NCBI GenBank assembly: GCA_965277285.1 | Contig: OZ255721.1 | Location: forward strand, 1,376,001-1,440,000 | Source of the DNA: Abditibacteriaceae bacterium | Lineage (GTDB): Bacteria; Armatimonadota; Abditibacteriia; Abditibacteriales; Abditibacteriaceae | Direction of reading: 5' to 3' | DNA: 64,000 bases | Part shown: positions 29,156 to 38,742 of the stretch, in pieces | How the letters are laid out: each line of letters starts with the position of its first letter | Position numbering within the stretch: position 1 is the stretch's first letter | Made by a program: the position numbers and the translations under genes | Notes under the pieces: model-generated | What the model was told of the DNA's origin: nothing | Databases searched by the model: none | The model's input: the letters and a program-made list of their open reading frames with translations, nothing else

Positions 29156-30421
29156 ATGACGACTTCGACCGCAATTGAAAATGAAAGCGCTGCCGTAAAC
29201 GCGCAACTGGACGCTTCAAGCGAGCAATCGAGTACTCGAAAGGACACTTCTCGCGGGCGCTTCGGCGATTTCGGCGGACAATTCGTGCCCGAAACGTTGA
29301 TGGTCGCGTTGCGCGAATTGGAAGATGTTTACGAAGAAGCCAAAAACGATCCGTCTTTCCGCGACGAACTCGCCGGACTTTTGCGCGATTTCGCGGGACG
29401 CCCGACGCCGCTTTATTTCGCCGAACGCTTGACCGAGCATTTCGGCGGCGCGCGAATTTTCCTCAAGCGCGAAGATTTATTGCACACCGGCGCGCACAAA
29501 ATTAATAACACGCTGGGACAAGCGCTGCTGGCGCGTCGTATGAAGAAACCGCGCCTGATCGCGGAAACTGGCGCCGGACAACATGGCGTCGCAACAGCCA
29601 CAGTCGCAGCGCGCTTTGGTTTTCAGTGCGATGTTTACATGGGCGAAGAGGACACGGTTCGCCAAAGTTTGAACGTCTTTCGCATGAGGCTTCTGGGCGC
29701 CAAAGTTATTCCCGTGACGAGCGGCAGCAAAACCCTCAAAGACGCGACGAACGAAGCGATGCGCGATTGGGTGACCAACGTGCGCGACACGCATTACATT
29801 ATTGGCAGCGTCGTCGGGCCGCATCCATTTCCCATGATGGTACGCGATTTTCATGCGATTACCGGCCAGGAAGCGCGCGAACAATCGCTTCGAGTACTCG
29901 ATAAGTTGCCGGATGCGTGCGTCGCGTGTGTTGGCGGCGGCAGCAACGCGATGGGGATTTTCTATCCATTCGTCAATGACAAAAACGTGCGCTTAATCGG
30001 CGTTGAAGCGGCGGGCGACGGCTTGAATACAAATCGTCACGCGGCGCCATTGAACCGTGGCAGCAAAGGCGTTTTGCATGGTTCTTTGAGTTACATCATG
30101 CAGGACAAAGCTGGACAAATCGCGCCGACGCACTCGATTTCCGCCGGACTCGATTATCCTGGCGTCGGGCCAGAACACGCGCATCTCAAAGACACGGGAC
30201 GCGCCGAATATGTTGCGGTGACCGATGTCGAAGCGCTCGAAGCGTTTCAATTGTTGTGCAAACTCGAAGGCATTATTCCCGCTTTGGAATCGAGTCACGC
30301 GCTGGCTTATCTACCGAAACTGACGCAGGAAATCGGGCGCGACGGCGTGATAATCGTGAACTTGAGCGGTCGCGGCGACAAAGATGTGAACACGGTGCAG
30401 GCGGCTTTGGAAAAACAGTAA
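29156..30421 (+). CDS. trpB: tryptophan synthase beta subunit
   Basis: [54 protein letters not shown]. Confidence 0.97.
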   Translation: MTTSTAIENESAAVNAQLDASSEQSSTRKDTSRGRFGDFGGQFVPETLMVALRELEDVYEEAKNDPSFRDELAGLLRDFAGRPTPLYFAERLTEHFGGARIFLKREDLLHTGAHKINNTLGQALLARRMKKPRLIAETGAGQHGVATATVAARFGFQCDVYMGEEDTVRQSLNVFRMRLLGAKVIPVTSGSKTLKDATNEAMRDWVTNVRDTHYIIGSVVGPHPFPMMVRDFHAITGQEAREQSLRVLDKLPDACVACVGGGSNAMGIFYPFVNDKNVRLIGVEAAGDGLNTNRHAAPLNRGSKGVLHGSLSYIMQDKAGQIAPTHSISAGLDYPGVGPEHAHLKDTGRAEYVAVTDVEALEAFQLLCKLEGIIPALESSHALAYLPKLTQEIGRDGVIIVNLSGRGDKDVNTVQAALEKQ

Positions 30422-30424
30422 ACC

Positions 30425-30503
30425 GTAGGGGCGAGGCGCTGCCTCGCCCGTGTTTCGAGTACTCGATTGGTGTAATAAAGGCGAGGCAGCGCCTCGCCCC
30501 TAC
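30425..30503. repeat. GTAG-type REP doublet flanking a TCGAGTACTCGA
   Basis: GTAGGGGCGAGGCGCTGCCTCGCC ... GGCGAGGCAGCGCCTCGCCCCTAC. Confidence 0.8.
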
Positions 30504-30507
30504 TAAT

Positions 30508-31317
30508 ATGCAACGACTTCAACAGACATTTGAAAGACTTCAACAAAACAACGAACGCGCGCTTGTCCCATTTGTGACATGCGGCGATCCCGACTTAAAA
30601 ACGACGCGCGAACTGATTTTGGCGTATGCTGCGGCGGGCGCCGACATCGTGGAAATCGGCATTCCGTTTACCGATCCTCTGGCCGATGGCCCGACAATTC
30701 AGCGCGCTTCTGAACGCGCTTTGGCCAACGGCACGACGATGGACGATGCGCTGCAATTGATCGCCGATGTGCGGCGCGAAACCGACGTGCCTCTGGTTCC
30801 GATGACGTATATCAATCCGGTTTATCAAATCGGTTACGACGAATTCGCGCGACGTTGTCAGGAAGTCGGCGCCGATGCCGTGATTATTTCTGATTTGCCG
30901 CCCGAAGAAGCGCACGATTGGATCGAAGCCGGGCGCAAATACGACATCGGCACCATTTTTTTACTGGCGCCAACTTCGGATGATGCGCGTGTCGAAACAG
31001 TCGCGCAAAGCGCCACAGGTTTCATTTACGCCGTCGCGCGTTTGGGCGTGACCGGCGCGCGCAGCGATGTTCCGCCCGAAATCGGTGACCTTATCGCGCG
31101 CATTCGCCGCCACACGCAAACGCCGATTTGCGCTGGTTTCGGGTTTTCGTCCGCGGAACAAATCCGCAAAACTTGCGAAACAACACCTTTGAACGGCATC
31201 GTCGTCGCGTCCGCGTTAATTGATCGCATCGAAAAAACAGCGGGAAGTCCAAGCGAAAAAGTCGCGGCGGCGCAGAGTTTTGCAACCGAATTGAAAGCTG
31301 CCACACGACGCAATTAA
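30508..31317 (+). CDS. trpA: tryptophan synthase alpha subunit
   Basis: GDP, EIGIPFTDPLADGPTIQ, MTYINP, DLPPEE, GVTGAR; start ATG 30508. Confidence 0.96.
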   Translation: MQRLQQTFERLQQNNERALVPFVTCGDPDLKTTRELILAYAAAGADIVEIGIPFTDPLADGPTIQRASERALANGTTMDDALQLIADVRRETDVPLVPMTYINPVYQIGYDEFARRCQEVGADAVIISDLPPEEAHDWIEAGRKYDIGTIFLLAPTSDDARVETVAQSATGFIYAVARLGVTGARSDVPPEIGDLIARIRRHTQTPICAGFGFSSAEQIRKTCETTPLNGIVVASALIDRIEKTAGSPSEKVAAAQSFATELKAATRRN

Positions 31318-31343
31318 GACGATCGAGTACTCGAATTCACTTT

Positions 31344-32111
31344 ATGGAACTGACACAAACGCAAAAGAACCAATTGAAAGACAACGGCTTTGTCGTAATT
31401 CCGCAGGCCGTTCCGCAACTGATGACGGACAAGGCTTTGCACGCGATCAATATGTCGTTGGGACAAGAAGGCATTGATCCCGCGAAATTGCCGATTCTGC
31501 GCGCACAAAGCTATTGCCCCGAACTGGGCGACGATCCCGTTGTCGTCGATTTATTTCGCAAAACGCCCCTCGCCGACTTGACCGAATCGCTGCTGGGCGA
31601 AGGCAACGCGCAATGCGGACACGCGCAAATCGCGCTGCGTTTTCCCATTGCTCAAGACCCGCCGCGCGCTCCTGGCTGGCACATCGACGGCATTCCGACC
31701 TCCACCAACGGCGTTCCACCGGGCGGATTGGCGTCTTTCACCATGCTGGTCGCGGTGTTGTTGTCCGATGTGCCGCACGAGAATATGGGCAACTTCACGG
31801 TTTGGCCTGGCTCGCACCAGGTCATCGAAAGTTTTTGCCGCGAACACGGCGGTGATAGCCTTTTGAGCCAGAATCCTCAACTCGAAATGGCGCCGCAACA
31901 AATCGTGGGACGCAAAGGTGACGCCGTGATTTGCCACTTTCAACTGGCGCACGGCATCGCGCCCAACGTGTCGCCGCACATTCGCTACACCACGTTTTTT
32001 CGGCTGAAACATCCCGCACATGAAAGTCACAAAGTCGAAGCGCTGTCCGACTTATGGCTCGAATGGCCGGGTTTGTCAGGAGACAGTCGGCAGAGAGCAG
32101 GAGGCAGTTAA
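31344..32111 (+). CDS. phytanoyl-CoA dioxygenase (PhyH)-family Fe(II)/2OG enzyme
   Basis: NGFVVI, WHID, VWPGSH, GDAVI.H..LAH. Confidence 0.82.
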   Translation: MELTQTQKNQLKDNGFVVIPQAVPQLMTDKALHAINMSLGQEGIDPAKLPILRAQSYCPELGDDPVVVDLFRKTPLADLTESLLGEGNAQCGHAQIALRFPIAQDPPRAPGWHIDGIPTSTNGVPPGGLASFTMLVAVLLSDVPHENMGNFTVWPGSHQVIESFCREHGGDSLLSQNPQLEMAPQQIVGRKGDAVICHFQLAHGIAPNVSPHIRYTTFFRLKHPAHESHKVEALSDLWLEWPGLSGDSRQRAGGS

Positions 32112-32193
32112 GGCGCAGGACATTCAAACGATGACGTTTCAATTATCGAGTACTCGAACTGCTTCCTGCTTTCTGCTGACTGCTTCTTGAACC

Positions 32194-33003
32194 ATGTCTC
32201 GCACGCTGACTTATTCGACTTCCGCGATTGTTCTGCGCACGCGTCTTATCGGCGAAAAAGATCGCGTGATGACGTTGTTGTCGCCGGATGAAGGAAAGTT
32301 TGATGCCGTGGCGCGCGGCGCTCGCAACCCGAAATCGAAGCTGGCCGCGACTTCGCAGCCTTTTGTCTGGGCGCGGTTTTTAGTGGCGCGCGGACGCAGC
32401 ATTGACATCGCAACGCAGGCCGAAGTCGAGACGGCGCATATACACATTTCTGCTGATTTGTGGCGCACCGCGTGGGCGACGTATGTTTGCGAACTCGCTT
32501 CAATTGTGCCCGAACGCCAACCGGACGAAGAACTTTTCACGCTATTGCGCGCGACCTTGAGCGCGCTCGATGACACGACACGCGAGAACTTCGACTTGGA
32601 AATCGCCGGTTTCTGGTTTCAGGCGCGTTTTCTCAGTTTGTCGGGTTATGCGGCGACGCTGGGGCGTTGCGTTGTCGGCGGCGAAAAAATCGTCGTGCCG
32701 CCCGATGATTTGGCGTCGCGTGTCGCGTTTTCGCCCGAACTGGGCGGCACGTTATGCACGCTTTGCGCTCATCGTGATCCGCATCGCATGACAGTTTTAG
32801 CGCAATCGTTGCGCGCACTTCGAGTACTCGAACGCGGCGCGGAACCGCCGTTATCTGCCAGTTTGAACTTGACAACCAATGCACGCCGCGACCTGCGCGA
32901 TTGCCTACGGAACTTGTTGCGCGCGCATTTGGATGCGAGGCCACGTTCGCAAGTTTTTCTGGATGATGTCGCACAATCGCTGGAGATGGGCAACACGCTT
33001 TGA
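32194..33003 (+). CDS. recO: DNA repair protein RecO
   Basis: AIVLR..GEKDR, GK..AVARGARNPKSKL, C-terminal Zn-finger-like GG.LC..C. Confidence 0.9.
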   Translation: MSRTLTYSTSAIVLRTRLIGEKDRVMTLLSPDEGKFDAVARGARNPKSKLAATSQPFVWARFLVARGRSIDIATQAEVETAHIHISADLWRTAWATYVCELASIVPERQPDEELFTLLRATLSALDDTTRENFDLEIAGFWFQARFLSLSGYAATLGRCVVGGEKIVVPPDDLASRVAFSPELGGTLCTLCAHRDPHRMTVLAQSLRALRVLERGAEPPLSASLNLTTNARRDLRDCLRNLLRAHLDARPRSQVFLDDVAQSLEMGNTL

Positions 33004-33173
33004 TTTGGTATTTTGAACGCTCGCGCGGCTATTGTGAAAGTAGGACAGTTCGGTCATAATCTCTTGTTAATACAGCCTTGTACAATGCGCCGCTTTGTTG
33101 CCTTTTGATGTGTTCATCGCACTTTGTAACGCATTAAGAAATGCACTTTTCGGCTCGCCGTGAGGGAGGTTTC

Positions 33174-33974
33174 ATGCCCGATAATTCTGTTCCCGCACCT
33201 GCTATTCAAAATCCTTCACCTTCCGTAGCTGCATCGAATCCAGTGTCAGCTTCCGCAACACCGCCGGGCACAGCAAGTGCAGCGTCGAAAACTGCGGCGG
33301 CTCCATCTAATGTCGGCGATTTGGGTTGGGTTTGGCGCGAAGTGCGCAAGCGCGTTTTTATCAAGTTGCCGTTTTCGCGTCCTGTCGCCGAAGCGCTGGA
33401 AGCGGTGGTACCGATTCTCCTCGAAGGCGATACGTTCGTGTGCGGCTTGCCGACAATTCAATATCCGATGTCGAGCTATCTGAACGCGACGCAGGTGCGC
33501 AATACCATCGAAACGATTTTGCAAGGCGCCAGTGGCCAGCGCATTCGTTTTGAATTGATCGAAGGTACGACGATTGAAGATTGGAACGAAATCAAGGAAC
33601 GCCGCGCCAAAGCGCATGAAGCCGTCATCGCGATGGCCGAGCAGCATATTGAGACGCACCATTACGAAGCCGTTTTGAACCAGGTCGTGGGTGAAATACG
33701 CCAGCGCATTACATCAACGACCGACCGCATTTATCCTCAAGTGCGAATGCAAGCAATGTTCGAGATCGTGCCGCTGTTGTCCGATACAGCCGATATGCTT
33801 TTCCCCGACCGCGATGCGCACGACGCGCGGCGCGCCATGGCACGCGCCATTGATCGCATCGCCAACTTTCTCGATATGCCGCCGCTGACGCTCGCCCTGG
33901 AAGTCGAACGTTATTATCGCGCGAATGCGCGTCCGCCGCGTAACGACGCCGCCGAAATCGCCACCAACGGCTAA
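33174..33974 (+). CDS. hypothetical protein
   Basis: RBS GGAGG, protein-like composition, terminator downstream (33987-34026). Confidence 0.7.
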   Translation: MPDNSVPAPAIQNPSPSVAASNPVSASATPPGTASAASKTAAAPSNVGDLGWVWREVRKRVFIKLPFSRPVAEALEAVVPILLEGDTFVCGLPTIQYPMSSYLNATQVRNTIETILQGASGQRIRFELIEGTTIEDWNEIKERRAKAHEAVIAMAEQHIETHHYEAVLNQVVGEIRQRITSTTDRIYPQVRMQAMFEIVPLLSDTADMLFPDRDAHDARRAMARAIDRIANFLDMPPLTLALEVERYYRANARPPRNDAAEIATNG

Positions 33975-34054
33975 AGAATCTGTGTCAAAGATACCGCATT
34001 GAGTACTGAATGCGGTATCTTTTTTGCCTCTTCTTCTAAGCAGGAGGCGAAACC

Positions 34055-34276
34055 ATGAGCCAGACAAATGATCGCAGTGACACGCCATCGAACGTCGAAA
34101 AAGACCCGGACGAATGGACAACCGGCGGCGAAGCGATGACGGGCGCGCAAAAATCCTATCTTCAAACGCTGTCCGATGAAGCCGGTGAAGAATTCGATGA
34201 AAAGTTGACCAAAGCCGAAGCGTCCAAGCGCATCGAAGAATTGCAGCAGAAAACCGGACGCGGCGTTGACCATTAA
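34055..34276 (+). CDS. DUF3072-like small protein
   Basis: KDPDEWTTG.E.MTGAQ.SYL.TL, LTKAEAS.RI; RBS AGGAGG. Confidence 0.8.
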   Translation: MSQTNDRSDTPSNVEKDPDEWTTGGEAMTGAQKSYLQTLSDEAGEEFDEKLTKAEASKRIEELQQKTGRGVDH

Positions 34277-34478
34277 AGGACAATCCGCCCAAGCGTCCCG
34301 CGAAAGTAAACTTCGCGGGACGCTTTGCTGTGTGCCAACTTCAAACATTCAAATTCTAAACGCAATCGAGTACTCGAATGTCGAAAAACGACGCGTTGCG
34401 CTTCATTCCAGTCAATTACAAGCACGATAGAACGCCAAATGCGTTGACGTTGCGGCGCTATCACGGGATAATCAACGC

Positions 34479-37055
34479 GTGTCGCTTTCATCTCAAAACC
34501 CAACTGAACCCACCCGTTTTTCCGTGACAAACGCCAACGCCGCAGCGGATGCTAACGTCACAACAAAGGCATTGGACAACGAAATTTCCGGTGACGCCGT
34601 CGCTAACGGCCTTGATAATAGCCTTTTCGTCAATGGCATTTCCGGCGCTTCGGTCTCGTTACCAGAAGAATTAGTCACATCGGTTGCAATCCCAATTCTC
34701 AACCCGAATGATGATGTGTCCAATTTTGCAAGCGTGACCAACGTTGCAAGCGAGTCCAACGTTGCAAGCGTGACCAATCCTGAACGTGAAGTGATTTCGT
34801 CCGTGAAAGAGCCAGTTTTCACGGCGCGCGGCGAACGCCCGTTCCCCAAGAAGCGCACCAAGCCAGCAAAATTGGCGCGCGGCGCGGTTATTGGCGTTTT
34901 GTTTTTGGGTGGCTTGAGCGTTTTCGCTTTGATGTCGCGCCAAAACCGTACGCTCAACGTTCAAAACGCCATTACCAACACGGTTTCTCAGACTTCGAGT
35001 ACTCGAAACGCCGTCACCAGCGCAACGCCAGACGCGACGCAAGCAAATTCGGGATCGTCTAACGGTTCGTTGTCTTCCATTTTCGACAGTCTTCAGCAAA
35101 CGCAAAAACTGAAGCCAAGCAGCGTTCTGTCGGCGTCGCAATTATCGCCAAAAGGTCGGGCAAAAGCGTCCGCGCCGCAACCCAATCCGCTGCCGAATAG
35201 CGCGCCACAAAACCAAAGTTTGCCCAATCAAGCGTTGCCAAACGTGGCAAATTCAGCCGCGCCCAATGTGGTGGAAGCGGCCTTCAATCGCGCGGTTGCG
35301 GCGCAAAAGGCTGGTCGCAACGACGAAGCGCTATTGGCTTACCATGATGTGTTGCAGTCGCGTCCCGACCTGGTTCCGGCGCGCGTCAACATGGCGTTGT
35401 TGTTGTTGCAAATGAAGCGTCCTGCCGAAGCCTTGCCGCAACTGCAAACAGCGCGCAGACTCGAACCGAAAAACCCTTCTTTGCCCTGGCAAATCGCGCA
35501 AACTTTGGTGCAATTGAAACGACCCACAGAAGCGCTGGAACCTTTGCGCACCGTTGTCGCTCTGGCGCCGCGCGACCCGCAAAGTCGTGGCGCACTGGCG
35601 CAACTTTTGGCCGCCACAGGCAAGTCCGAAGAAGCGCTCGCGCAATGGAAACAATTGGCCGCGCTGGTGCCCCAATCGCCGGACGCCGCCTTTAGCGCCG
35701 GTTCGCTGGCCGCTGCGCTCAAGCGATGGAGTGATGCTGAAAAGTGGTTGCGCCGCGCCAAAAATTTGGTCGATAAAATCGATCCGCGCGATCCGCGACC
35801 AACCCTGCAATTGGCGCGCGTGCTGGCGCAAAGCGGCAAAACGCGCGACGCGCAAACGCTGTTGGAAAATGGCGCCAGGCGCTTTCCCAAAACGGTCGAA
35901 ATCGGCACGTTGTTGTCCGATGTTCGCCTGGCGCGCGGCGACAAAAGTGGCGCGGTGGACGCTCTTCAAAACGTCTTGCCGCAAGTTCCAGCGACTACCG
36001 AAAACGGCGTGCCGCGCGCGCGTTTATATGCGTCCATCGCGCGCTTGCAGGAACATCGCAAGCGTTTTGGAGAGGCCGCTGATGCCTGGTCGTCCGCGAC
36101 CAAATTGCTGCCGCGCGATCCCGATTTGCGCGCCTTTTACGCCGATGCCTTGATGCGCAGCGGCGACAAAAAAGAAGCTGTCGCACAGTTTCGCCAAGCC
36201 TTACAAATCGACCCGAGGCGCAACGATTTGCGGCTTCCCCTCGCGCGCGCTCTGGCGGACAATGGGCAAAACGGCGCGGCGACAATCGAGTACGCGAAAC
36301 TGCTGCAAGTTCAGCCGAAAAACGCGGCTTTGCTGGCCCAACAAGCGCAGCTTTTCGAGAAGCAAAAAAAATATGATGCGGCCATTGCAAACTGGGCGCG
36401 CATTCAGGCATTGCAGCAAGACAGCACCGTTCCGATTTTACAAAGCGCGCGTTTATTGCGATCCGCGGGCCGCGAAACCGAAGCGCTTTCCAAATACCGC
36501 GAAACGCTGCAACTCGAGCCGAACCAGCCAGACGCCTTGCTGGGCGCGGCGCAACTTGAAGAAAAAACCGGACAAAGCGCGCGCGCACTGGCACACTGGC
36601 GCGATTTAGTCGAAACACGTCCGGGATTCTTCCCCGCTTATAGCGCGCTTCTCGAAAACGCGTCCAAGCGCCGCCAGGTCGCCGCAACTGTCAACTTTCT
36701 GCGCCCGATCTTGGCGCGTCAGCCAGAAAATCCGGTCGCTTTCGAGGCGATTTTGCGCGCCTACAATGAAGTCGGCACGCCCGAACTGGGTCGCGCTTAT
36801 TTGCAGCAATTCATTAAGAATCATCCCAGCGCCATTGCGCCTCAACGCGCCCTGACGCGCTTCGATTTGCAAAACGCCAAACACCGCTTGCAAGGTATGG
36901 AAAACAACAGCGCGACGCCATCGAGCAGCCCATCGAGTACTCGAACGCCGCAAGAAACGCCCACGGCAACACCGCAAAATACAGCCACAGCAACGCCTGA
37001 TGCTTCGCCGCACGAAACTGCCACAGCGACGCATGACGCGACTGCAACGCCGTAA
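34479..37055 (+). CDS. membrane-anchored TPR-repeat protein
   Basis: One TM helix near residue 140, many TPRs, low-complexity termini; start uncertain. Confidence 0.8.
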   Translation: MSLSSQNPTEPTRFSVTNANAAADANVTTKALDNEISGDAVANGLDNSLFVNGISGASVSLPEELVTSVAIPILNPNDDVSNFASVTNVASESNVASVTNPEREVISSVKEPVFTARGERPFPKKRTKPAKLARGAVIGVLFLGGLSVFALMSRQNRTLNVQNAITNTVSQTSSTRNAVTSATPDATQANSGSSNGSLSSIFDSLQQTQKLKPSSVLSASQLSPKGRAKASAPQPNPLPNSAPQNQSLPNQALPNVANSAAPNVVEAAFNRAVAAQKAGRNDEALLAYHDVLQSRPDLVPARVNMALLLLQMKRPAEALPQLQTARRLEPKNPSLPWQIAQTLVQLKRPTEALEPLRTVVALAPRDPQSRGALAQLLAATGKSEEALAQWKQLAALVPQSPDAAFSAGSLAAALKRWSDAEKWLRRAKNLVDKIDPRDPRPTLQLARVLAQSGKTRDAQTLLENGARRFPKTVEIGTLLSDVRLARGDKSGAVDALQNVLPQVPATTENGVPRARLYASIARLQEHRKRFGEAADAWSSATKLLPRDPDLRAFYADALMRSGDKKEAVAQFRQALQIDPRRNDLRLPLARALADNGQNGAATIEYAKLLQVQPKNAALLAQQAQLFEKQKKYDAAIANWARIQALQQDSTVPILQSARLLRSAGRETEALSKYRETLQLEPNQPDALLGAAQLEEKTGQSARALAHWRDLVETRPGFFPAYSALLENASKRRQVAATVNFLRPILARQPENPVAFEAILRAYNEVGTPELGRAYLQQFIKNHPSAIAPQRALTRFDLQNAKHRLQGMENNSATPSSSPSSTRTPQETPTATPQNTATATPDASPHETATATHDATATP

Positions 37056-37239
37056 AATCGAGTTTCTGCTTCCCGTTCAATTGAGTAGCCGCGCAAATTT
37101 CTCGGATATTTGAACGTGTCATTGGTTTGTAATTAACCATTCCAATAATGGTAGCTTTTGGAATAAAGTTGAAGTCGGCCAGCGCGTTATTCTCTTTAGT
37201 CTGCGAAAGCATAATTCCTAATTGATAACGTTCAATGTT

Positions 37240-38226
37240 ATGATTAAATCCTTCAACAAAACCCGACTCTTTAGTATCACTGTGATAGTGGGGATTACAA
37301 GCCTCGTGCTGTATAGGCTACTGACGCCTCAGCCAAGTGATGAAATAAATGTTGGGACAGACATCCACAGCCTGTCCTTCTCACCAGATGACAAGTATCT
37401 CGCGGTCGCAAGCCTGAGAAATGGACAGGCTGATGCAGCCGATCAAGGTTTTCATATCTTTTTTGGTGCTATACAGATTTACTCAGTAAAAGCGCAAGAA
37501 CTTAAGTTACACGACACCTTGGAGTCGTTTTATCCCGCATATGACCCGGATATGGCTGTGACAGCCTTTTATACGACTGATGGCACACAACTCGTGGTGA
37601 GCGATACCAATTCAAAAATCGTTGCTTACGATACGTCCAGCCTGGCGAGCACGCAAGCGAATCCTAAGCCCTATGTATCACCTGAGTATGTTGCTTCCAA
37701 TGACGGGTATTCAGCTCGCATCGTAAGTAGTAGCAATAGTATTAACACTCAGGTTCTTGTTACGACACCCAGAGGTTCGACTCTGGTCAAGACGCACAAC
37801 GAACTATCGTGTTTGGCGCTGGACGAGACGAATAAGAAGTTGGCTATCGCAGTTATTAGCGGAGACATACTTGTTTTCGACTTGATAACACGAAAAACAG
37901 TTGCGCATATTTCATGTCGCACTAAAACGCTTCATCCATATTTCAACGTCATTAACGGTCTTGTATGGCTTCCTCAGGAAAAGACCAAGTGCAAAGTTCT
38001 TTGGGCCTCGAATTGGGAGAGACGCTCAATTCTTTGGGATTCTTGCCAGCATCAGGTGATAGCTGATAAGGTGCTGTTACAAGAAATTTCCTGTGTTGCC
38101 ATAAACCATGCTGGTGACCTTATCGCTTATAGCACGCGAGAAGGCGTTGTGAAAGTACTGTCCACCAAACAATTACTTGCTTCTCTTATGAGCGGGAGCA
38201 CAAAACAACTTTTTGATGAGCCTTGA
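37240..38226 (+). CDS. WD40/beta-propeller-like protein, lower GC
   Basis: SLSFSPDDKYLAVAS, SCVAIN..GDLIAYS..G.VKV; N-terminal TM/signal. Confidence 0.7.
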   Translation: MIKSFNKTRLFSITVIVGITSLVLYRLLTPQPSDEINVGTDIHSLSFSPDDKYLAVASLRNGQADAADQGFHIFFGAIQIYSVKAQELKLHDTLESFYPAYDPDMAVTAFYTTDGTQLVVSDTNSKIVAYDTSSLASTQANPKPYVSPEYVASNDGYSARIVSSSNSINTQVLVTTPRGSTLVKTHNELSCLALDETNKKLAIAVISGDILVFDLITRKTVAHISCRTKTLHPYFNVINGLVWLPQEKTKCKVLWASNWERRSILWDSCQHQVIADKVLLQEISCVAINHAGDLIAYSTREGVVKVLSTKQLLASLMSGSTKQLFDEP

Positions 38227-38270
38227 GCAGAAGTGACGCATGTAGGTGCGCCAAAGAATTGCAAACAGGC

Positions 38271-38309
38271 AAAAGAATGAGGCGGAGGAAATATCCATTC
38301 CTCCGCCTC
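38271..38309 (-). terminator. Rho-independent terminator closing the protein + RNA unit
   Basis: Minus strand GAGGCGGAGGAA..TTCCTCCGCCTC-ATTCTTTT. Confidence 0.75.
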
Positions 38310-38314
38310 GCTGT

Positions 38315-38498
38315 GCCGCGATTTGATGCTGCCAGTGGCGTTTAATCCGATGAATCAGGTCTGAGTGCGTTCGCTCTGCTCCTGAGCTACTCCCACGAAA
38401 CGAAAACTTTACAACAAGCGACTTTGGAGTGGGAGACTGGATTCGCACCAGCGTCTAACGCAAGAAATTTCATCGAAACTTGATCCGGCAACCACGGC
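38315..38498 (-). ncRNA. circularly permuted tRNA-like (YrlA/Y-RNA-like) RNA 2
   Basis: Minus: T-arm GCTGG-TGCGAAT-CCAGT, acceptor 3' CTCCCAC-T-CCA, 28-nt linker, acceptor 5' GTGGGAG-TA, D-arm GCTC-AGGAGCA-GAGC; closing stems TGCGTT/AACGCA, TCGATGAA/TTCATCGG, GTTGCCGG/CTGGCAGC, GCCGTG/CGCGGC. Confidence 0.75.
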
Positions 38499-38512
38499 CA
38501 ATGCTGAAGTTG

Positions 38513-38740
38513 GGAGTGACATTTTTAAGTTGCTCGAAACCCAAAGCGCGACGTTGCGCGCCGCCTTTGTGCGTCTGCCAGTTCCGCCACCCTTGCAGGA
38601 TTTGAAGTCTTAATTTGAGTACTCGATGCGCACAATAATTAAAACTCAGCATTCAAAATTAACTTTGGTGCAAGGGGCAGGATTTGAACCTGCACGTTTC
38701 GGGTTTTTAATGTCAATCTGAGTTTCAGTTTGACTCCGCT
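38513..38740 (-). ncRNA. circularly permuted tRNA-like (YrlA/Y-RNA-like) RNA 1
   Basis: Minus: T-arm GCAGG-TTCAAAT-CCTGC, acceptor 3' CCCTTGC-A-CCA, 69-nt linker, acceptor 5' GCAAGGG-TG, Leu-type D-arm GCGGAACTGGCAGACGC; closing stems AAACCCGAA/TTTGGGTTT, TGACATT/AATGTCA, GGAG/CTCC. Confidence 0.75.
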
Positions 38741-38742
38741 CT

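Noticed and set aside
38373..38693. Ordinary tRNA genes, or a normal-order tRNA made of the module 1 5' half and the module 2 3' half
   Set aside because: GCAAGGG does not pair with CTCCCAC; acceptor strands pair only in permuted order and no anticodon loop is present.
38315..38740. Two-piece tmRNA
   Set aside because: No Ala identity (GGGG start, G3-U70), no tag ORF ending in ALAA-like residues, and there are two tRNA-like domains.
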